From assembly GCA_037137535.1 (NCBI GenBank), contig JBAXKC010000001.1:160001-224000 (forward strand): a stretch of DNA of 64,000 nucleotides, written 5' to 3'. Under the pieces are notes generated by a model that ran no database searches, was not told where the DNA came from, and saw only the letters and a list, made by a program, of their open reading frames with translations. The stretch comes from a bacterium. GTDB taxonomy: Bacteria; Cyanobacteriota; Vampirovibrionia; Gastranaerophilales; JBAXKC01. Each line of letters opens with the position of its first letter. The stretch's first letter is position 1. This document shows positions 58,633-64,000 of the stretch, piece after piece. A program made the translations under genes and the position numbers.

Positions 58633-59763
58633 GGAGCCATTGAGGATTACACAAAAGCTATCTCTATTAATCCTACCTATGAAGAGGCTTATGTCAACAG
58701 AGGATGGTCTAAATCAAAGTTAGGCAATGAGACAGGAGCAATTGAGGATTATACAAAAGCTATCTCCATCAATCCTAGCGATACTAAGGCTTATGACAAC
58801 AGAGGAAGCGCTAAAGCTATGTTAGGAGATAAAACAGGGGCAGTTCAGGATTATAATAAAGCTATCTCCATCAATCCTAATAATGCAAAGGCTTATTACA
58901 ACAGAGGCAATTTAAACTATGAGTTAGGCAATTATGCAGGAGCAATTGAGGACTATACAAAAGCTATCTCCATTAATCCTAACGTTGCAGAGACTTATAG
59001 CAACAGAGGATTGGCTAAATCAAACTTAGGTAATAAAACAGGAGCAATTGAGGATTATACAAAAACTATCTCCATCAATCCTAATAATGCAGAGGCTTAT
59101 TACAACAGAGGAACAGCTAAAGCTCAGTTAGACAATTGTACAGGAGCTATTGAGGATTATACAAAAGCTATCTCCATCAATCCGAGCTATGAAGTGACGT
59201 ATTACAACAGAGGAAAGTCTAAAGCGGAGTTAGGAGATAAAACAGGAGCTATTGAGGATTATACAAAAGCTATCGGCATTAATCCTAACTTTGCAGAGGC
59301 TTATCGCAATAGAGGATTGGCTAAATCAGACTTAGATAATAAAACAGGAGCTATTGAGGATTATACAAAAGCTATATCCATTAATCCTAGCTATGCAGAG
59401 GCTTATAGCAACAGAGGGTGGGCTAAATTAGACTTAGGAAACAAAACAGGTGCAATTGAGGATTATACAAAAGCTATATCCATTAATCCTAGCTATGCAG
59501 AGGCTTATGATAACAGAGGATGGGCTAAAGATGAGTTAGGAGATAAAACAGGAGCTATTGAGGACTATACAAAAGCTATCGGCATTAATCCTAACCTTGC
59601 AGAGGCTTATATCAACAGAGGATTGACTAAAGATGAGTTAGGAGATAAAACAGGAGCTATTCAAGATTTGACAAAAGCAAAAGAGCTCTATTTAAGTCAA
59701 CAAGATTATGAAGGATACAAATTACTGATTGAAGCTATAAATAAAATAAATAATGGAAATTAA
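58633..59763 (+). CDS. TPR tandem-repeat protein, apparently 5'-truncated (possible pseudogene)
   Basis: About ten 102-bp units GAIEDYTKAISINPxxAEAYxNRGxAK; repeats continue in frame 186 nt upstream of ATG 58819 to a TAA at 58627-58629. Confidence 0.85.
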   Translation, partial: GAIEDYTKAISINPTYEEAYVNRGWSKSKLGNETGAIEDYTKAISINPSDTKAYDNRGSAKAMLGDKTGAVQDYNKAISINPNNAKAYYNRGNLNYELGNYAGAIEDYTKAISINPNVAETYSNRGLAKSNLGNKTGAIEDYTKTISINPNNAEAYYNRGTAKAQLDNCTGAIEDYTKAISINPSYEVTYYNRGKSKAELGDKTGAIEDYTKAIGINPNFAEAYRNRGLAKSDLDNKTGAIEDYTKAISINPSYAEAYSNRGWAKLDLGNKTGAIEDYTKAISINPSYAEAYDNRGWAKDELGDKTGAIEDYTKAIGINPNLAEAYINRGLTKDELGDKTGAIQDLTKAKELYLSQQDYEGYKLLIEAINKINNGN

Positions 59764-59785
59764 GAGCCTAATTAAACCACCGGAA

Positions 59786-59818
59786 TTATTTTATTGATGG
59801 GCTGAAGCCCTACTGACT
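59786..59818 (-). repeat. REP-like palindrome, copy 2
   Basis: TTATTTTATTGATGGGCTGAAGCCCTACTGACT. Confidence 0.65.
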
Positions 59819-59927
59819 CAATATTGAATAATATTGTAGCTACATGTTAATAATCAGTATATATAATCTTTTGGAGCATAAAAGTAAAAATAAATTTGGA
59901 TAAAATAATTTTACGAGGTGTTTTAAA

Positions 59928-60491
59928 ATGTCAAAAACAAATAAATCAATTTGGCAAGATATAGAAAAATCTTTAAATGAGCTTGATAAACAAGAGCTAA
60001 TCAATTTATTAAAAAATATATATGAAAAATCAACTGATACTGAAATGCTTATTAACGCAAAATTTGATAAAAAAAGTAAAAGAGTGTTGGAAAATTATCG
60101 AAAAAAAATCATCAAAGCTTTTATGACTGACAAAGAACCTCCTGAGTTGCCTAAAATAAAAGAAGGAATGAGTGCAATAAGCGACTATAAAAGTGCAACT
60201 AAAGATTTAGCAGGCACTATAGATTTGATAATAACTTATTCTGAGCATGCAATAAAATACTCTAATGAGCTTTGTTATGACGAAGAAGATCTTGAAAACA
60301 GCGTTTATGATCTTATGCAAGAAATGAAAGATATTATTTTAGAAAATAAAGCCGAAAGATATCTTGAATCTTTCAGCGATGAATTGCTAAAACTGCATAA
60401 ATTAGCGGATAAAGCAGAAGATTTTATGTTTGAAGCGTTTATAGGTGAAGCTTTAGAAGAAATAGGTTTAAAAGAAAGTGATGATGAATAA
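59928..60491 (+). CDS. Acidic helical hypothetical protein (DUF6155-like)
   Basis: LNELDKQELINLL, AISDYKSA..GTIDLIITY; GAGGTG RBS; overlaps next gene. Confidence 0.65.
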   Translation: MSKTNKSIWQDIEKSLNELDKQELINLLKNIYEKSTDTEMLINAKFDKKSKRVLENYRKKIIKAFMTDKEPPELPKIKEGMSAISDYKSATKDLAGTIDLIITYSEHAIKYSNELCYDEEDLENSVYDLMQEMKDIILENKAERYLESFSDELLKLHKLADKAEDFMFEAFIGEALEEIGLKESDDE

Positions 60492-62250
60492 ATCTATTCA
60501 GTATAAGTGGTTAGAAGCTCTTAAAAATACTAACCTTGATAAAAAACGGCTTAGTAGAGGTGAGGAATATGCATATTCCGGAAATATAACTAATTTAAGT
60601 ATAAATATAAATGAAGTTATAGCTGAAGTTGAGGGAAACTATGATAATTATGAAATTGAAATAAACTTTAAAAAATTATCGTCTAAACAAATTGAAACTC
60701 TTGTTAAAGTTATACAATCAAACCCTGAAATCTCTTCAGAACTTAGTATAGGAAATTTGCCTTATAAATTATTTGAATTATTGCAAGAAGAGAATATTTA
60801 TATTATTCCCAATTCATTTAACAGTCAGGGTTCATATTGTGATTGTCTGGATGATACAAGACCCTGTAAGCATATTATTGCTGTTTATTATGTTTTATCG
60901 CAAGAAATTTCAGGAAAACCTCTTTTGCTTTTTGAATTAAATGGAATATCGTTAAAAGAACTTTCTGAAAAGATAGAAATTCCTTTAGGCTTTGAATATA
61001 AGGCTGAAAAAACACTTAAGCAAAAAATGCAGGAAAGGTTAAAAGCTCTTTTAGATAAGGCAGATAAAGCTAAGCTAAAAGAAATAATTTTTGACCTGAC
61101 ATTTAGGTCAAAAGAGAATTACATCAAGTACCTTGATATAATTGAAGATAAAATAGGATTGGAAGACAATGAAAATACTGAAGTTGCTTCTGAAAAGTTT
61201 ATGTTTAATTGGGATAAATTAAAGTGGAAACTCAAAAAAATCGAAGAATATGGCTATGATTTTGACTATGATGAAGCAGAATCTCTGGATATAGAAGATA
61301 AATTTAATGAAATCATAGAGGAATTAGAGAAGAAAGAAGCTTCAAAGGAAGCACGCAAAGAATTTATTGATGAAGCTTTATCTTATATCATTTCTGATTT
61401 TGGCGGTGAAGTTATGGATACAATTTATGTTGCTTGTTATGATAAAGACGAGCTTTATTATTTCGCTGAAAATATTAGAAATAGCAATCCCGCAATGGCA
61501 ATGAAAGTCTATAAAAAGCTTTCAGATAAAAAAGAATATTTAAAATTAAGACGAGATAATCTTAAAAGTAACAGTGATTATTATGATTTAGTGCTGTTTT
61601 ATGAAGGAAACAATGAACCTCAAAAAGCAATAGAAACTGCTTATGAAGGATTGCAAAAAGTTCAATATTACAAAGGGGATTTGCAAGAATATTTAGCAGA
61701 AAAAGCCTTAAATTCTAATAATAGAGAAGAATATTTAAAATTAAAATTTGAGAAATACACTGATAAGCTTACTCTGCAAGACTATAAAAAATTTAAAAAT
61801 ATTTGTAATGATAAAGAATGGCAGCAATATGAGCCTAAGATTCTATTAAAACTCGAAAAACTTCATTCGAGTGATAGATTACTAATTTATATGCATCGAA
61901 AAGAATTTGAAAAGGCTGCTAATACCTTATTGGAATATTATTCTGGATATTATAATTTTAGACCAAAATCAATAAGTTTTTCCGTTGCGGAGGAGTTGAA
62001 AGACAAATACCCTGAAAAAGTTTTACAGTTTTATTTAAATTCTACTGGCGATCTTAATTCAGCTAAAGACAGAAAAATCTATGCTAATCAGGCTTTAATC
62101 GTATTAAAAATACAAGCTATATGGGTAAATGTGTTAAAAACCCCAGAAAAATGGCTTAACTTTGCTAAAGATGTAAAATATAAAAATAAAAACCGAAAAG
62201 CTTTTCAAGAAGAATTTAATAAAGTTATTCCTGATTGGAAACATTTGTAA
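60478..62250 (+). CDS. SWIM zinc-finger protein with C-terminal helical domain
   Basis: RLSRGEEYA, AEVEG, CDCLDDTRPCKHIIAVYY. Confidence 0.85.
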   Translation: MMMNKSIQYKWLEALKNTNLDKKRLSRGEEYAYSGNITNLSININEVIAEVEGNYDNYEIEINFKKLSSKQIETLVKVIQSNPEISSELSIGNLPYKLFELLQEENIYIIPNSFNSQGSYCDCLDDTRPCKHIIAVYYVLSQEISGKPLLLFELNGISLKELSEKIEIPLGFEYKAEKTLKQKMQERLKALLDKADKAKLKEIIFDLTFRSKENYIKYLDIIEDKIGLEDNENTEVASEKFMFNWDKLKWKLKKIEEYGYDFDYDEAESLDIEDKFNEIIEELEKKEASKEARKEFIDEALSYIISDFGGEVMDTIYVACYDKDELYYFAENIRNSNPAMAMKVYKKLSDKKEYLKLRRDNLKSNSDYYDLVLFYEGNNEPQKAIETAYEGLQKVQYYKGDLQEYLAEKALNSNNREEYLKLKFEKYTDKLTLQDYKKFKNICNDKEWQQYEPKILLKLEKLHSSDRLLIYMHRKEFEKAANTLLEYYSGYYNFRPKSISFSVAEELKDKYPEKVLQFYLNSTGDLNSAKDRKIYANQALIVLKIQAIWVNVLKTPEKWLNFAKDVKYKNKNRKAFQEEFNKVIPDWKHL

Positions 62251-62351
62251 TCGCCAAATCTCAGAAATTAAGATAATTATATCTCACAATATGTTTCTAT
62301 ATATTAAAATGATAATAGAATTTGAAATTCACTTTGGGTTCTTTCATGTGA

Positions 62352-62390
62352 AAAACCTCCGTTTTTTAATTTACTACTTTTCGGAGGTTT
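62352..62390. terminator. Hairpin between convergent genes
   Basis: AAACCTCCG...CGGAGGTTT. Confidence 0.55.
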
Positions 62391-62445
62391 ACACAAAATT
62401 ATTTATGGATTCTTAGGGGTTAAATTTATAGTTGATAAAATTTAC

Positions 62446-62835
62446 TTATTTGTTAACTTTAATATCTTTACTTGCTTGAATAGTTGCAAATAAGCCATTT
62501 ATTGACATTAGAAAGCCAAAAGCAATTACACCTACAGCCGCTCCTACAACAGCACCTTTTTTTAAAACACTCGGAAAATCAAGCTTTTTAGCTTGCATCA
62601 ATTTATCAACAAGCTCTTTTCCATATGATTCTATTCTTTCTATAGGTTTATTAGTTTTAATTTGTGATAGAAGTTCATTTTGTCTAAAGCCATCATATGC
62701 AGCTGTTAAAGCACCTGTAGTAGTGCCTATTGCAGTTGATGTCATTAACTCTGTTTGACATGGAAAAAGTTCTTTCTTTTTCTCTTTACTTGATGTAAAG
62801 GCTAAAGGCTGACTAAAATTAACTTTCATCATCAA
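62446..62835 (-). CDS. Small hypothetical protein with N-terminal LAFTS motif and two Gly/Ala-rich hydrophobic helices
   Basis: STAIGTTTGALTAA and GAVVGAAVGVIAFGF; GGAG RBS. Confidence 0.75.
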   Translation of the reverse strand: MMMKVNFSQPLAFTSSKEKKKELFPCQTELMTSTAIGTTTGALTAAYDGFRQNELLSQIKTNKPIERIESYGKELVDKLMQAKKLDFPSVLKKGAVVGAAVGVIAFGFLMSINGLFATIQASKDIKVNK

Positions 62836-62904
62836 AGCTCCATTTTTACTTATCTTATAATTATAAAAAAAACTTATAAAACAAAATTGCCTATTAATAC
62901 AATA

Positions 62905-63999
62905 TTAATCTTCTTCATGTAAAACTTGCATAATACTTGATACTTTCTCTGCAATACGCGTAGCCGCCTCTTGTTTTTCTTTTGTATTACAAACAACAGG
63001 TATTTTTAATATAGTAATATCATTAGCTATCTTACCCCAATCAATATTAGCGACTTTATCACCAAATTTACATAATTTATCAGCATTTATACTAAGTTTG
63101 CCAGTCCATGTTTTATTTAATACGGTACCAGTATCTTCAAAAGCTTGTCTGAAAATCTCATGTTCTCCATTTCTATAGCTATCTTTTATGCTTCTTCCAA
63201 CAGCTTGTGTTACACCTGCAGCAAGGGTTGCTGTTACAGCTGCACCTGCATAAGGAACCATTGTACCAACATCAATAGCCAAGGATGTATTCGATGCTAG
63301 CCATTGCAATGATTTAACTCCCATATTTGTAGCACTTGTTGCTGCATTTACCCCCATACATGCCCCAACAAGACATTGCATCATTTCACTTTCGCCGGGC
63401 ATGTAAACAGACGCCAAACTTCCTGCCATTAATATCTCATTTAATTGTAGAAAAGGAATATCAGCACCTGGCACTAAATGAAAAAATGTAGCAATTCCTG
63501 CAGCAAAACCAGTATGAAGATGTATTGCACTATTGGCTTCTTCATCCTCAGGATCTTCGCCAAACATCCATTCCCAAACACCTTTAAATTGAACTTCTTT
63601 ATGCTCATGCTCAGAAGAACCTTCGACATTACGTTGTTGCACTCTTAAAGGACTATGTTTCTTATTCGGGACTTGATCTAAGGCAAGCTCTGCCTCAAGA
63701 CTTTTAAGTCCAGCGTTTAAGAATTTATATTCCTCACATTTTCTTTTTTCTTCGGGAACAGAGTCTAAAGCTTTTTTTACAGCTTCTAATCCCAAAACAA
63801 GCTCAGTTTTAGAGATTTTACTGTTTGTACTTTTTAAATTCTTTTTACTAGGGGCGATTTCAATTGAAGTAGGAGTATTTAAACTTCCAAAATTTGTAGT
63901 TGCGTTGTATTTATACATATTTGCATTTTTAATTGCTGCTGCCTCATTATAAGAATACAATTGAATACTATTTTTAATTGCAACAGTATCTTTATTAAC
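62905..63999 (-). CDS. DUF697-like membrane-domain protein, paralog of 32806-33699; frame open to the window edge
   Basis: AIHLHTGFAAGIA..VPGADIPFLQL..ILMAGSLASVY...VPYAGAAVTATLAAGVTQAVG; no stop between 63960 and 64000. Confidence 0.75.
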   Translation of the reverse strand, partial: VNKDTVAIKNSIQLYSYNEAAAIKNANMYKYNATTNFGSLNTPTSIEIAPSKKNLKSTNSKISKTELVLGLEAVKKALDSVPEEKRKCEEYKFLNAGLKSLEAELALDQVPNKKHSPLRVQQRNVEGSSEHEHKEVQFKGVWEWMFGEDPEDEEANSAIHLHTGFAAGIATFFHLVPGADIPFLQLNEILMAGSLASVYMPGESEMMQCLVGACMGVNAATSATNMGVKSLQWLASNTSLAIDVGTMVPYAGAAVTATLAAGVTQAVGRSIKDSYRNGEHEIFRQAFEDTGTVLNKTWTGKLSINADKLCKFGDKVANIDWGKIANDITILKIPVVCNTKEKQEAATRIAEKVSSIMQVLHEED

Positions 64000-64000
64000 A

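Noticed and set aside
58633-59700. Regular repeats as a CRISPR array or DGR template/variable pair
   Set aside because: Period is 102 bp, in frame and coding for TPRs; no unique spacers, cas genes or reverse transcriptase, and differences are not adenine-specific.

Overview
AT-rich bacterial chromosome segment, most consistent with a non-photosynthetic cyanobacterial relative (Melainabacteria/Vampirovibrionia). This is an inference from the cyanobacterial-like RpoZ and the 11-subunit complex I operon; no photosynthesis genes occur in the window. Housekeeping content: ABC ATPase, marR-tolC, tlyA-nadK, ppdK, phosphoglucomutase, ubiA-like-mlaEFD-lpxK-GT9-bioF, surE, rlmH, rpoZ, purH, nuoABCDHIJKLMN without nuoEFG, a Wzy-type polysaccharide cluster, rsmB, and tRNAs Pro, Gly and His. 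Highlights: (1) two unannotated paralogous 27-28 aa Trp-rich small ORFs ending NWLxRVxWMxxLWGL*, each folded into an RNA hairpin directly upstream of a gene, downstream of a TrmB regulator; (2) a dispersed set of orphan proteins sharing a short x-[ST/N/A/Q]-F-[G/K/T]-[G/A/S] motif at N-termini and domain boundaries, including two parallel DUF697-like + small two-helix protein cassettes, a candidate export or processing signal system; (3) a tRNA-His att-like scar and a REP-flanked, 5'-truncated 102-bp TPR array; (4) unusual variants of known proteins: Cys-insert NuoD, double-MCE MlaD, Walker-A-degenerate Wzc, and PTP-like duplicates lacking the catalytic Arg. All calls were made by eye; no searches were run.
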